From assembly GCA_036336835.1 (NCBI GenBank), contig JAYZFK010000037.1, positions 1 to 60,642 of the forward strand: DNA of 60,642 nucleotides, written 5' to 3'. This DNA comes from Myxococcota bacterium. GTDB taxonomy: Bacteria; Myxococcota_A; UBA9160; UBA4427. Made by a program: the position numbers and the translations under genes. The notes beneath the pieces were generated by a model. It was not told the DNA's origin and searched no databases. It worked only from the letters and a program-made list of their open reading frames with translations. Position 1 is the first letter of the stretch, and the number at the start of each line of letters is the position of its first letter. This document shows positions 36,124 through 46,181 of the stretch, one piece after another.

Positions 36124-38820
36124 TCAGACGCTCGCCGGGTCGATCTTGTCGGGATCGACGCCGTACTTGCGAATGGCCTCTGCAATGCGACTGCGGTCGC
36201 TCGAGCCCTCGTCGGCGAGCGCCGAGAGCGACGCGACGCAGATCGAATAGCGATCGACCTCGAAGAAGCGCCGCAGCTTGCGGCGCGTATCGCGCCGGCC
36301 GACGCCGGCGGTCCCGAGCGCGCTGCAGCCACCGCTCAGATAAGGACGGATCTGGTCCGCGACCAGCGCCATGTAGTCGCTGGTCGCGACGATCGGACCC
36401 GGCCGCTGGCCGAGGCAACGCTCGACGTACGGCACCTGCGGATCCTCGTCCGGATGGAGCCGATTCCAGCGCCGCGCCGCGCGGCCGTCGCGGGCGAGCT
36501 CGTTGAAGCTGGTGACACTCCAGACGTCGCAGCGAACCCCGAAGTCTTCGGCCAACAAATCGGCCGCTGCCAACACCTCGCGCAGGATCGCGCCGGCGCC
36601 GAGCAGCTGCAGTCTCGGGCCGCCGTCCGACGGGGCCTCGCGCACGCAGTGTATCCCGCGCAGGATGCCCGGGGCCGCGCCCTGCGGCATTGCAGGCTGC
36701 GGGTACTTCTCGTTCATCACGGTCAGGTAATAGAAGACGTCCTCCCCTTCGGCGTACATCCGGCGCAGACCGTCCTGCACGATCACGGCGAGCTCGTACG
36801 CGTAGGCGGGGTCGTACGCCACGCAGCTCGGGATGGTGGCCGCCAGCAGCTGGCTGTGGCCGTCCTGGTGCTGCAGTCCCTCGCCCGCGAGCGTGGTCCG
36901 GCCGGCCGTTCCGCCCAGCAGGAAGCCACGGGTCCGCGCGTCGGCCGCCGCCCAGGCCAGATCGCCGATGCGCTGGAAGCCGAACATCGAGTAGTAGATG
37001 TAGAAGGGGATCATTGCGACGCCGTGGTTGGCGAACGAGGTCCCGGCGGCGATCCAGGACGCGAAGGCGCCGGCCTCGTTGATGCCCTCCTGCAGGATCT
37101 GGCCGTGCTTGTCCTCGCGGTAGTAACTGACCTGATCCTGGTCGACCGGCTCGTACAGCTGCCCCACTGACGAGTAGATGCCGAGCCGCCGGAACATCCC
37201 CTCCATCCCGAAGGTGCGCGACTCGTCGGGCACGATCGGGACCACCAGCTTGCCCACGCGTTCGTCGCGCACGAGCAGCTGCAGGATCCGCACGGCAGCC
37301 ATGGTGGTCGAAATTTCGCGCTCGCCCGTGCCCTCGAGCAGCTGGCCGAAGACGTCCAGGCCGGGCACCTCGAGCGGCGAGGTCGTGTCGACGCGCTCCG
37401 GCAGATAGCCGCCGAGCGCGCGGCGACGCTCGTGCATGTACTGGATCTCGGGACTGTCATCGGGCGGCTTGTAGAACGGCGCGTTCGGCAGCTCCTCGTC
37501 GGAGATCGGAATGTTGTAGCGGTCGCGGAACGCGCGCAGCGCCTCGTCGCCCATCTTCTTCTGCTGGTGGGTCGTATTCTGGCCCTCGCCCGCCTCGCCC
37601 ATCCCGTAGCCCTTGACCGTCTTCGCAAGGATCACCGTCGGCCGGCCGGTGTGCTCGACCGCCTCGGCGTAGGCGGCGTAGACCTTGTGCGGGTCGTGGC
37701 CGCCGCGGTTCAGCCGCCAGATGTCGTCGTCCGACATGTTCGCGACCATCGCAAGCAGCTCGGGATACCTGCCGAAGAAGTGCTCACGGGTGTACGCGCC
37801 GCCGCGCACCTTGTAGTTCTGGTATTCGCCGTCGACCGCCTCCTCCATGCGCTTGCGCAACAGCCCATCGGTGTCCTTCGCCAGCAGCGGATCCCAGTAG
37901 CTGCCCCAGATCACCTTGATCACGTTCCAGCCGGCGCCCCGGAAGACACCCTCGAGCTCCTGGATGATCTTGCCGTTTCCGCGCACCGGCCCGTCGAGTC
38001 GCTGCAGATTGCAGTTGACGACATAGATCAGGTTGTCGAGCCGTTCGCGTCCAGCGAGCGAAATGGCACCGAGCGACTCCGGCTCGTCCATCTCGCCATC
38101 GCCGACGAAGCACCAGACCTTGCGGCGCTCTGTGTCGAGCATCTCGCGGTCGTGCAGATACTTCATGAAGCGCGCCTGGTAGATCGCCATCAGGGGACCC
38201 AGGCCCATCGATACCGTCGGGAACTGCCAGAAGCTCGGCATCAGCCTCGGATGCGGGTAGGACGAGATGCCCCCCTCGTCGACCTCCCGACGGAAGCCGT
38301 GGAGCTGGTCCTCACTCATCCGCCCTTCGAGGAAGGCGCGCGCGTAGATCCCCGGCGCCGAGTGGCCCTGGAAGTAGACGAGATCCCCGCCGCGCTCCGG
38401 CGTGCGAACGTGGAAGAAGTGGTTGAAGCCCACGTCGTAGAGGGTTGCCGCGGACGCGAAGCTGGCGATGTGGCCGCCGAGCTCCGAGCTCTCGCGGTTG
38501 GCCTGCACGACCATCGCCATGGCGTTCCAGCGGATGATCGAGCGGATGCGGTGCTCGAGTGCGTGATCGCCCGGGCTCCTGCGTTCGCGCGACTCTGGGA
38601 TGGTGTTGATGTAGGCGGTGTTGGCCCGGAAGGGCAAATAGGCGCCGCGCCGCCGCGCCCGGCGCACCAGTCGCTCTACCAGATAGTGCGCGCGCTCGAC
38701 GCCTTCGCGTTCGAGCACCGACTCGAGCGCGTCGAGCCACTCCTGGGTCTCGCCCGGATCGACGTCCTGCTCGAAGACCGTCTGCGGGGTCGCGCCGCCG
38801 GTGTGCTTGGCATCCGTCAT
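36124..38820 (-). CDS. aceE: Pyruvate dehydrogenase E1, homodimeric AceE type
   Basis: GGHIASF, QGHSAPG, SSYPHP, GDGEMDEPES, NCNLQRLDGPV, GEGLQHQDG. Confidence 0.97.
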   Translation of the reverse strand: MTDAKHTGGATPQTVFEQDVDPGETQEWLDALESVLEREGVERAHYLVERLVRRARRRGAYLPFRANTAYINTIPESRERRSPGDHALEHRIRSIIRWNAMAMVVQANRESSELGGHIASFASAATLYDVGFNHFFHVRTPERGGDLVYFQGHSAPGIYARAFLEGRMSEDQLHGFRREVDEGGISSYPHPRLMPSFWQFPTVSMGLGPLMAIYQARFMKYLHDREMLDTERRKVWCFVGDGEMDEPESLGAISLAGRERLDNLIYVVNCNLQRLDGPVRGNGKIIQELEGVFRGAGWNVIKVIWGSYWDPLLAKDTDGLLRKRMEEAVDGEYQNYKVRGGAYTREHFFGRYPELLAMVANMSDDDIWRLNRGGHDPHKVYAAYAEAVEHTGRPTVILAKTVKGYGMGEAGEGQNTTHQQKKMGDEALRAFRDRYNIPISDEELPNAPFYKPPDDSPEIQYMHERRRALGGYLPERVDTTSPLEVPGLDVFGQLLEGTGEREISTTMAAVRILQLLVRDERVGKLVVPIVPDESRTFGMEGMFRRLGIYSSVGQLYEPVDQDQVSYYREDKHGQILQEGINEAGAFASWIAAGTSFANHGVAMIPFYIYYSMFGFQRIGDLAWAAADARTRGFLLGGTAGRTTLAGEGLQHQDGHSQLLAATIPSCVAYDPAYAYELAVIVQDGLRRMYAEGEDVFYYLTVMNEKYPQPAMPQGAAPGILRGIHCVREAPSDGGPRLQLLGAGAILREVLAAADLLAEDFGVRCDVWSVTSFNELARDGRAARRWNRLHPDEDPQVPYVERCLGQRPGPIVATSDYMALVADQIRPYLSGGCSALGTAGVGRRDTRRKLRRFFEVDRYSICVASLSALADEGSSDRSRIAEAIRKYGVDPDKIDPASV

Positions 38821-38867
38821 GGCTTCCGTCGTGGAGGCGACCGGCCCGCGCGCGGCAGCCTCAAGGA

Positions 38868-39164
38868 TCAGTTCAGCTGCAAATTGTCACCGGTCCGGCA
38901 GTTCGCCGCATCGGTGGCGCTCACGACCGTCAGGTAGCCATAGCCGTAGAACGGGATAAAGCCGAGCCAGAACTTCTTCTGGGGTGCGTTGGTGTTGAAG
39001 TTTCCCCAGCCGTTCAGGAACCACTCGCCAACGCCGGCGTGCAGGATCGAGAGCCACATTGCTCCGTCCGCCGACCTTCCGTTCTCGCAGGTCTTCGCGA
39101 GCGCCGGGCTCGCCGGCCCGGTCAGGCAGAGTGCCAGCACTGCGACACCCATCAGGCTTCTCAT
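38868..39164 (-). CDS. Small secreted/membrane protein (98 aa)
   Basis: SD GAGGGAG; signal peptide ending SPALA; two Cys flanking an aromatic/Gly-rich core. Confidence 0.7.
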   Translation of the reverse strand: MRSLMGVAVLALCLTGPASPALAKTCENGRSADGAMWLSILHAGVGEWFLNGWGNFNTNAPQKKFWLGFIPFYGYGYLTVVSATDAANCRTGDNLQLN

Positions 39165-39187
39165 GTTGGTCTCCCTCTCGTTGGACA

Positions 39188-39643
39188 TCACTCGACGGTG
39201 ATACGGATACGCTCGGATGTGATCGGCGGGTCGTTCGGCAGATGGACGTGGTCTCCCAGCACCAGCTGCAGCGTGTGAGGACCCGGAGCAAGCTCGAGCT
39301 CGACCTCGGTCTGGCCGCCGCCGAAATGCCGGTGGTTCTGGTCGTTTGGAATCGGAACGCCGGCCGCCGGAGTCGGGGCGTCGATGATCAGATGATGGTG
39401 GCCCGTCTTGGGATTCAGCACTCCGGCGGGAGCGACCCCCATCCCGACGAGTCCGAAGCGCACGGTCAGCGGACTCGAAACCGTCGCACCGTCACTCAGC
39501 GCGATCAGATAGACCCGCGCCCCGTCCGGAGCGGGCGTCCGAGCAAGCTCGTGATGACCCGCGCGCGCGACCCAGGCAGCGAGGACGAGCCCGGCGGCGA
39601 GCGCCCCCGCAGCTCCGACTCGAACCGGACGACTTCCGATCAT
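39188..39643 (-). CDS. DUF4399 domain protein
   Basis: VRFGLVGMGVAPAG, GHHHLIID, HFGGGQTE, GPHTLQL..GDHVH; SD GGAGG. Confidence 0.88.
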   Translation of the reverse strand: MIGSRPVRVGAAGALAAGLVLAAWVARAGHHELARTPAPDGARVYLIALSDGATVSSPLTVRFGLVGMGVAPAGVLNPKTGHHHLIIDAPTPAAGVPIPNDQNHRHFGGGQTEVELELAPGPHTLQLVLGDHVHLPNDPPITSERIRITVE

Positions 39644-39733
39644 CCCTGACCTCCCGCCGCAGTCGGCGATCTCCGGAGTCTATGCGCCGCAAGCAGCGGT
39701 CGCACACGGCACCCGACCGGGGTGTGAGGCAGA

Positions 39734-39753
39734 TTCTAGAACTTCTATTCTAG
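39734..39753. promoter_or_regulatory. AT-rich inverted repeat, putative regulator site
   Basis: CTAGAA-CTTCTA-TTCTAG (39736-53) overlapping the palindrome TTCTAGAA, located between divergent genes. Confidence 0.55.
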
Positions 39754-39914
39754 CGGCGTGACGAGCGCCTCCAGCCCCCAGCTAGCGCACGAGCCGCGCG
39801 GCGAGGCGGCCCGCTGAGAGCGAGCGTCTGCTGGAAGGCCCGGTCCGTCTTGCGATGAGCGGAGTGCCCGTGCTCGAACGACGCGACCCACGTGAGAACT
39901 CGGAGGTCTGACGC

Positions 39915-41165
39915 ATGCGGTTCGGCATCTTCTACGAGCATCAGCTGCCGCGCCCGTGGAGCGAGGACGACGAGTACCGCCTGCTCAAGGACGCTCTGGA
40001 GCAGGTCGAACTCGCCGACCGGCTGGGCATCGACTACATCTGGGAGGTCGAGCACCACTTCCTCGAGGAGTACAGCCACTCGTCCGCACCCGAGGTCTTC
40101 CTGGCGGCCTGCAGCCAGCGCACCCGCAACATCCGGCTGGGCCACGGCATCGTCCAGCTCCCGATCGAGTACAACCACACGGCCCGCGTGGCCGAGCGAA
40201 TCGCGACCCTCGACCTGATCTCGGACGGACGAGTCGAGTTCGGCACCGGCGAGTCGTCGGCCGAAGCCGAGCTTGGCGGCTTCGGGGTCGACCGGGCCAC
40301 CAAGCGAGCACAGTGGAGCGAGCACCTCGACGCGGTGACGCGCATGTTCGTCGAGGAGCCGTTCGCCGGCTGGAGCGGCGAACACCTCCAGATGCCGGAA
40401 CGCAATGTCGTGCCGAAACCACTCCAGAAGCCCCACCCGCCGCTGTGGCTCGCATGCAGCCGGCACGAGACGATCCACCTCGCCGCCGAGAAGGGAGTCG
40501 GCGCCCTTTCGTTCGCGTTCATCGAGCCGTCCGAGGCCCGGCAGTACGTAGACGACTACTACCGGATCCTGGAGTCGGAGCAGTGCGTGCCGGGAGGCTT
40601 CGCCGTGAACCCGAACATCGCCATCGTCCTGCCCTTCATGTGTCACCGCGACGAGAAGACCGCGATCGACCGAGGCATCGACGGTGCACACTTCTTCGGA
40701 TATTCGCTGGCCTACTACTACCTGTTCGGCAACCACACGCCCGGCGTCTCCAGCATCCGGGACGACTTCGAGAGCAATCGCTCTCAGCTCGGCTTCGACC
40801 GAAGAATCGCCGCGCAGACGGGGCAGCAGCTCGGCGCGAAGCTCGTCGAGGAAGGCTTCGGCTCGCTGCGCGGTGCCATTGGGACCCCCGACCAGATCCG
40901 CTCACTGCTGCGCACCTACGAAGACGTCGGAGTCGACCAGGTGATCTTCATGTCGCAGACGGGTCGCAACCGCCACGAGCACATCTGCGAGTCACTCGAG
41001 CTGTTCGCAAGCGCCGTGATGCCGGAGTTCCACGAACGCGATGAGGCGCACTGTCAGCGCAAAGCCGAGCGGCTCGGCCCCGCGATCGAGCGCGCGCTCG
41101 CCCGACGCGCGCCGCCGCGCAACTCCGACGGCAAGTATTCGTTCGCAGCAGCGGCCCAGACGTGA
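39915..41165 (+). CDS. LLM-class (luciferase-like) flavin-dependent oxidoreductase
   Basis: MRFGIFYEHQLPRPW, EHHFLEEYSHSSAPE, AERIATLDLISDGRVEFG, PKPLQKPHPP. Confidence 0.92.
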   Translation: MRFGIFYEHQLPRPWSEDDEYRLLKDALEQVELADRLGIDYIWEVEHHFLEEYSHSSAPEVFLAACSQRTRNIRLGHGIVQLPIEYNHTARVAERIATLDLISDGRVEFGTGESSAEAELGGFGVDRATKRAQWSEHLDAVTRMFVEEPFAGWSGEHLQMPERNVVPKPLQKPHPPLWLACSRHETIHLAAEKGVGALSFAFIEPSEARQYVDDYYRILESEQCVPGGFAVNPNIAIVLPFMCHRDEKTAIDRGIDGAHFFGYSLAYYYLFGNHTPGVSSIRDDFESNRSQLGFDRRIAAQTGQQLGAKLVEEGFGSLRGAIGTPDQIRSLLRTYEDVGVDQVIFMSQTGRNRHEHICESLELFASAVMPEFHERDEAHCQRKAERLGPAIERALARRAPPRNSDGKYSFAAAAQT

Positions 41166-42943
41166 GACGGACACCGACGAGCCGGCGGATCGGCCGCATC
41201 GTGCTCGCCGCCGCGACCGCCGCGCTGTGGACGGCGTGCGCGGAAGAGCCCCGCTCGGCATCCGAGCGCTACCCCGTCGAGACCGACAGCCCCCGCGTCA
41301 ACCCGGCGCTCGCCGCCCGTACCGCTGCGTTCGAGCGACGTGTGCTCGAGGTCACCGATGGCGTCCACGTCGCGATCGGCTTCGGCCTCGCGAACTCGAT
41401 CCTGATCGAGGGCACCGACGGCTCGATCGTCGTCGACGCCATGGGCAGCGTCGAGTCTGCGCGCGAGGTCAAGGCGGCCTTCGACCGGATCACCACGAAG
41501 CCGATCCGCGCAATCATCTACACCCACAACCACGCCGACCACGTGTTCGGCGGCAAGGGCTTCGTCGAGGATCCCGAGACCGCCGGCGTCGAGATCCTCT
41601 CGCACGAGACGACCGAGTATTACATCGACCGGGTCGTCGGGATCCTGCGTCCGATCCTGTCGCAGCGCAGTGCGCGCATGTTCGGCACCTCGCTCGAGCG
41701 CGGCGATGACGGGCTGGTGAACTGTGGCATCGGGCCGGCGCTCGAGATCCACCGCGGCGCCACGCTCGGGCTGCTGCGCCCGACCCGGACCTTCGCCGAT
41801 CGGCTCGAGCTGACCATCGCAGGTGTCGAGCTGCATCTGGTGCACGCACCGGGTGAGACGAACGACCAGCTCTTCGTCTGGCTCCCCGAGCGGCGCGTGC
41901 TGCTGCCGGGCGACAACGTCTACCGCGCCTTCCCGAACCTCTACACGATCCGCGGAACCCTGTATCGCGACGTACTCGAGTGGACCCACAGCATCGACGC
42001 GATGCGCGCGCTGCGCCCGGCCCACCTGGTGCCCAGCCACACGTCGCCCGTCAGCGGCGAGGCCGAGATCGACGGCATCCTGCTCGCGTACCGCGACGCG
42101 ATCCAGTTCGTGCACGACCAGACGATCCGAGGGATCAACCTGGGTCGGACGCCCGACGAGCTTGCACTCGAGGTCAAGCTCCCGCCCCACCTCGCGAACC
42201 ACCCGTACCTGCAAGAGCTGTACGGCACCGTCGAGTGGAGCGTGCGGTCGATCTTCTCGGGGTATCTGGGCTGGTTCGACGGCAACGCCGCCACCCTCTC
42301 GCCCGTCCCGCCCGTCGAGCGGGCACGCTCGACGATCGGACTGATGGGCGGCATCAATCGGGTGATCGAAGCGGCCGGCGAGGCCCTGGCCGAGGGCCGC
42401 GCGGCATGGGCCGCCGAACTCGTCCAGCACGTACTCGTGATCGCGCCGGGACACCCCGACGCTCGCTACGTCCAGATCGAGGCATTCCGAGCGCTCGGCC
42501 ACGCGAGCCTCAGCCCGAATGGTCGCAACTACTATCTGACGCAGGCCCTCGAGCTCGAACGGGGTGCGCCCATCGAGACGGACCCGATCGACGAATCGGT
42601 CCTCGACGTGCTGCGGGGCGTGCCGATCGAGAACTTCATGCGCGCCATGCCGGTCAACCTCGATGCACAGAAGGCCGCCGAGACCGACACCCTCGCCGTC
42701 TTCGACTTCACGGGGACGACCTCCGGCGCGGACTCGACCTGGACCCTGCACGTCCGGCGAGGCGTCGCGGTGCTCTCAAGGGGCGACGCGGAGGACCCGA
42801 CGCTGCACGTCCGCGTCGACTCAGGCGTCTGGAAGCAGCTGGCTACCGGGCTGCGCAATCCGGCCTCCGCATACGCGAGCGGCGAGATCGAGGTCCAGGG
42901 CGGGCTGATCGCACTCGTGCGCTTCCTGTCGCTCTTCCGCTGA
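41162..42943 (+). CDS. Alkyl/aryl-sulfatase (SdsA1-type MBL fold with SCP2-like C-terminus), probable lipoprotein
   Basis: THNHADH, PGET, PNLYTIRG, YLGWFDGN; lipobox-like WTAC. Confidence 0.88.
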   Translation: MRRTPTSRRIGRIVLAAATAALWTACAEEPRSASERYPVETDSPRVNPALAARTAAFERRVLEVTDGVHVAIGFGLANSILIEGTDGSIVVDAMGSVESAREVKAAFDRITTKPIRAIIYTHNHADHVFGGKGFVEDPETAGVEILSHETTEYYIDRVVGILRPILSQRSARMFGTSLERGDDGLVNCGIGPALEIHRGATLGLLRPTRTFADRLELTIAGVELHLVHAPGETNDQLFVWLPERRVLLPGDNVYRAFPNLYTIRGTLYRDVLEWTHSIDAMRALRPAHLVPSHTSPVSGEAEIDGILLAYRDAIQFVHDQTIRGINLGRTPDELALEVKLPPHLANHPYLQELYGTVEWSVRSIFSGYLGWFDGNAATLSPVPPVERARSTIGLMGGINRVIEAAGEALAEGRAAWAAELVQHVLVIAPGHPDARYVQIEAFRALGHASLSPNGRNYYLTQALELERGAPIETDPIDESVLDVLRGVPIENFMRAMPVNLDAQKAAETDTLAVFDFTGTTSGADSTWTLHVRRGVAVLSRGDAEDPTLHVRVDSGVWKQLATGLRNPASAYASGEIEVQGGLIALVRFLSLFR

Positions 42944-43011
42944 ACGATTCCCTTGGGCCGCGACGGCGGATGGGCTACCCCGGGGCAGCCACTTCACGCA
43001 GGAGACCGGGC

Positions 43012-44040
43012 ATGCACGAAGCCATCGACGCAGCTCGCACGAGCCGATGGATCGAGGCGCAAGCGGAAGGCTCCGCGCCGCCCTTCGAGTTCGACCTGAT
43101 CGCAGCCGGCGGCTCGAACCTTACGTTCTGCGTGACCGACGTCAACGGTCGGCGCTACGTACTGCGCCGGCCCCCCGTCAAGGTACTGCTCGCCACGGCA
43201 CACGACGTCGCGCGCGAACACCGCATCATGGCCGCGCTGGCCGGGACCGATGTGCCTGTGCCGCTCGTCCACGGCATCTGCCACGACACCGAAGTCACGG
43301 GTGCGCCGTTCTACCTGATGGACTTCGTCGACGGCCTGATCCTGCGCTCGCAAGCCGACGCCACCGGCCTCGACGAAGCGGCCTGCCTCACGGCAACCGA
43401 GTCGCTGATCGACACCCAGCTCGCGTGCCACACGATCGACCTCGACGCAATCGGCCTGGCGGACCTGGCCCGCCACACTGGCTACGTCGACCGACAGCTC
43501 ACACGCTGGCGCAAGCAGTACGAGCGGGGCAAGGTGCGCGACCTGCCGCGACTCGAGGAGATCCACGCGCGTCTGGCAGCCGCCATCCCCGGGCCCAGCG
43601 GCCCCCCCGGCCTGGCCCACGGCGACTACCGCTTCGACAACACGATCCTCGGAACCGATCACCGCATCGCAGCGGTGCTCGACTGGGAGCTGTGCACGAT
43701 CGGCGATCCGCTGGCGGACTTCTCCTGGTCGATGATGTACTGGAACGACCCCGGTGATCCGTATTCGTTCCTCACGTCGCCACCGACACTCCATCCCGCT
43801 TTCATCCGGCGCGACGAGATGATCGAGCTCTACGCCAAGCGCTCGCACAACGACGTTTCGGACCTGCCCTATTTCGTCGTCTTCTGCTGGTGGAAGATGG
43901 CCTGCATCGCCGAGGGCGTCTACGGCCGCGCCCTGGCAGGGGCCAGCGGTGGCGGCCGGATCCAGAGTGTCGAAGCAATCGCCGCTCGGGTCGACCGAAT
44001 GCTCGAGCTCGCGGCCGAGGCTGCCCGGGGTGTCCTCTAG
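43012..44040 (+). CDS. APH/choline-kinase-like phosphotransferase (ACAD10/11-type)
   Basis: GGSNLTF, LRRPP..AHDVARE, HGDYRFDN, LDWELCTIGDP; SD AGGAG. Confidence 0.9.
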   Translation: MHEAIDAARTSRWIEAQAEGSAPPFEFDLIAAGGSNLTFCVTDVNGRRYVLRRPPVKVLLATAHDVAREHRIMAALAGTDVPVPLVHGICHDTEVTGAPFYLMDFVDGLILRSQADATGLDEAACLTATESLIDTQLACHTIDLDAIGLADLARHTGYVDRQLTRWRKQYERGKVRDLPRLEEIHARLAAAIPGPSGPPGLAHGDYRFDNTILGTDHRIAAVLDWELCTIGDPLADFSWSMMYWNDPGDPYSFLTSPPTLHPAFIRRDEMIELYAKRSHNDVSDLPYFVVFCWWKMACIAEGVYGRALAGASGGGRIQSVEAIAARVDRMLELAAEAARGVL

Positions 44041-45187
44041 CGTGAGATCGACGTGGTTTCGGCTCGCCAGTCTGTTGCTCCTCGTCGCCGTTCTCGGGGT
44101 GTTCGACCGAGCGCTCGCCTGCGCTCCGGGCTTCGAGCGCCCGGACTACTATTCTCCGGGTCTCGCATACAACCACCCGTTGTACGGCTACCAATCGATG
44201 CCCAACTCCACGGGGTGGTACGAACGCGCAGATTTCCGCAACCGGGTCCGCTTCAACGAGCGGGGACGACACGATCACCCGATCCCCAACGACCCGGGCC
44301 CGCGGCTGGTCGCGCTGGGCGGCAGCTTCACCGGGGGCGTGGAGGTCCCGATCGATCAGACCTGGCCAAAGCGGCTGGAGGCCCGGCTGAACGCCGATCG
44401 CCCGGCCGACGGCGCAACGCGCTGGCGGGTCGTGAACGAAGCGCACCAGGGCAAGCGCTTCGACTACTTCGCGCGGTTGCTCGACGCGGCGTGGTTCGAC
44501 GAACTCCGTCCGGAGCGGCTGGTCTTCGGCTTTTCGTACGCACGCCTCTCGCCCGACCCGCAACTCGGCCCCACGGAAATGGCCTGCCAGCGCGCGCTCG
44601 CCTACCGGGGCTATTCGATCCTCCACGGTCCCGGGCTCGACGACGAGGCGCGCGAACTCGTCGATGCGCAGCTCGACGGATTCGCACCGCGCCTCTACGA
44701 GCACGCTCCATGGCTGCGGCGATCGAACATCGCAGCAGCCTGGGTACGCTTCGAGCAGCAGCGGTTGCGCGAGAGCGACAAACGCTACGCCCAGACGATC
44801 TTCAACGGCAACTATGTCGCCTGGCCGGGCTGCGATCAGCCGAGCAGCGCGCGCAATACCCGCGACCACATCGCCGCGATCCGCCGACGCGCGCGACAGC
44901 GTGATATCCCGGTCACCTTCGCGTTCATTCCACCGCGCAGCTGCTACCTCGACGAAGCGGGCGAAGACGCGAGCGCCCGCATCGCGGAGTACTTCTTGCC
45001 GGCCGACCACACAATCGACCTCTGCCCGGCGTTCCGAGCACGCTTTGCCCGGGACGGAGAGCCTCTGCACTGGAAATCGGACGGTCATCCGAACCGCGCC
45101 GGCTACGACCTCGTGGCCGAACTCATCCACGCCGAGCTGTCACCCCTGCAGCACCAGAAGGACAGACCCGAGCACTCGCCCGACTAG
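44030..45187 (+). CDS. SGNH/GDSL-like exported protein
   Basis: N-terminal TM; FNERGRHD, LVALGGSFTGG (variant of GDS), C-terminal SDGHPN; start 44030 or 44042. Confidence 0.7.
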   Translation: MSSSVRSTWFRLASLLLLVAVLGVFDRALACAPGFERPDYYSPGLAYNHPLYGYQSMPNSTGWYERADFRNRVRFNERGRHDHPIPNDPGPRLVALGGSFTGGVEVPIDQTWPKRLEARLNADRPADGATRWRVVNEAHQGKRFDYFARLLDAAWFDELRPERLVFGFSYARLSPDPQLGPTEMACQRALAYRGYSILHGPGLDDEARELVDAQLDGFAPRLYEHAPWLRRSNIAAAWVRFEQQRLRESDKRYAQTIFNGNYVAWPGCDQPSSARNTRDHIAAIRRRARQRDIPVTFAFIPPRSCYLDEAGEDASARIAEYFLPADHTIDLCPAFRARFARDGEPLHWKSDGHPNRAGYDLVAELIHAELSPLQHQKDRPEHSPD

Positions 45188-46029
45188 CGATCGAAGAGGA
45201 ATTCCTTCTTGATCTTCACGTGGCCAAAGTCGAGGTAGGGGTCCTCGAACGGCACCTCGCCACGCCCGTGCGGATCTCTGTTGAAGTAATGCTCCGCCTC
45301 CGCGTTCGCCGTCTTGTAGAGCGCGGCGGGCGAGTTGTCGGCGATTCCGAACCGATCGAAGTAGCGCTGATCGACGAAGAACAAATTGAAGCCGCCGTCC
45401 GGTACGTAGAGCGGCTCGTAGCCCTTTTCCTTTCCGAGCTTGATCATCGAGGCGATGCTTGCGCCGCTGTAGTCCGTGTGGTCCCAGAAATTCAGGGGGT
45501 GGAACTTGATCACCATCAGCTGCGGCGGAGGAAAGAAAGGGTTGATCTCGATCTCCACTACCTTCGGGCGAAACTTGTGGATGACCTTCCAGATATAGTA
45601 GTCGTTGCTGTCGATATCGATTACGAGCAAGTCGAAATCGAGCGGCACGCCATTGTCCTCGAACAGCGTCTCGATATTTCCCGGGTACACCCACGCCTCG
45701 AGCACCTTGACCTGAGGTAGGTCAGCGAAAGCGGCGCGCGCCTCCGCCGCGCGCTCCGGGTCACCCTCGATCTGCAGGCCGCGCCAGCCCTTGTTCAACA
45801 TCAGGTTGCGGGTGTTGTTGTTGCGGATGCCGTTGCCCGCCCCAAATTCGACGGCGTACCTGTGAGTCGGCTCGATCAGCTCGAAGATCTTCTCGATCAC
45901 CCCGTCCTCGCCGTGCTGCGAGAACACGGAACGCTCGTACTTCGAGAAGTCGACCGGCGCGACGGGGTCCGAGCATGCCGGCAGCACGGCCGCGAAGATC
46001 GGAATCAGAACGCTGGCGACACGCTTCAT
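45184..46029 (-). CDS. FkbM-like SAM methyltransferase-fold lipoprotein
   Basis: SQHGEDG, VEFGAGNG, DLLVIDIDSNDY, RPKVVEIEIN; N-terminus MKRVASVLIPIFAAVLPAC. Confidence 0.72.
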   Translation of the reverse strand: MKRVASVLIPIFAAVLPACSDPVAPVDFSKYERSVFSQHGEDGVIEKIFELIEPTHRYAVEFGAGNGIRNNNTRNLMLNKGWRGLQIEGDPERAAEARAAFADLPQVKVLEAWVYPGNIETLFEDNGVPLDFDLLVIDIDSNDYYIWKVIHKFRPKVVEIEINPFFPPPQLMVIKFHPLNFWDHTDYSGASIASMIKLGKEKGYEPLYVPDGGFNLFFVDQRYFDRFGIADNSPAALYKTANAEAEHYFNRDPHGRGEVPFEDPYLDFGHVKIKKEFLFDR

Positions 46030-46120
46030 GAGCGGCGACGTTACTGAATCGGCGACCCATTTCTCAAGCGCCGGTTGAATCGTCACCGTTTCGGGCGACG
46101 ACCTTCGGAACACCCGGTGC

Positions 46121-46179
46121 GCTCGATCGGCAGGGCGCCCAGGTGACGCGTCGGCGCATCGATTTTCGCCTGCGTGCGC
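46121..46179. repeat. 59-bp perfect direct repeat, copy 1 (intergenic)
   Basis: GCTCGATCGG...GCCTGCGTGCGC identical to 49074-49132. Confidence 0.95.
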
Positions 46180-46181
46180 CT

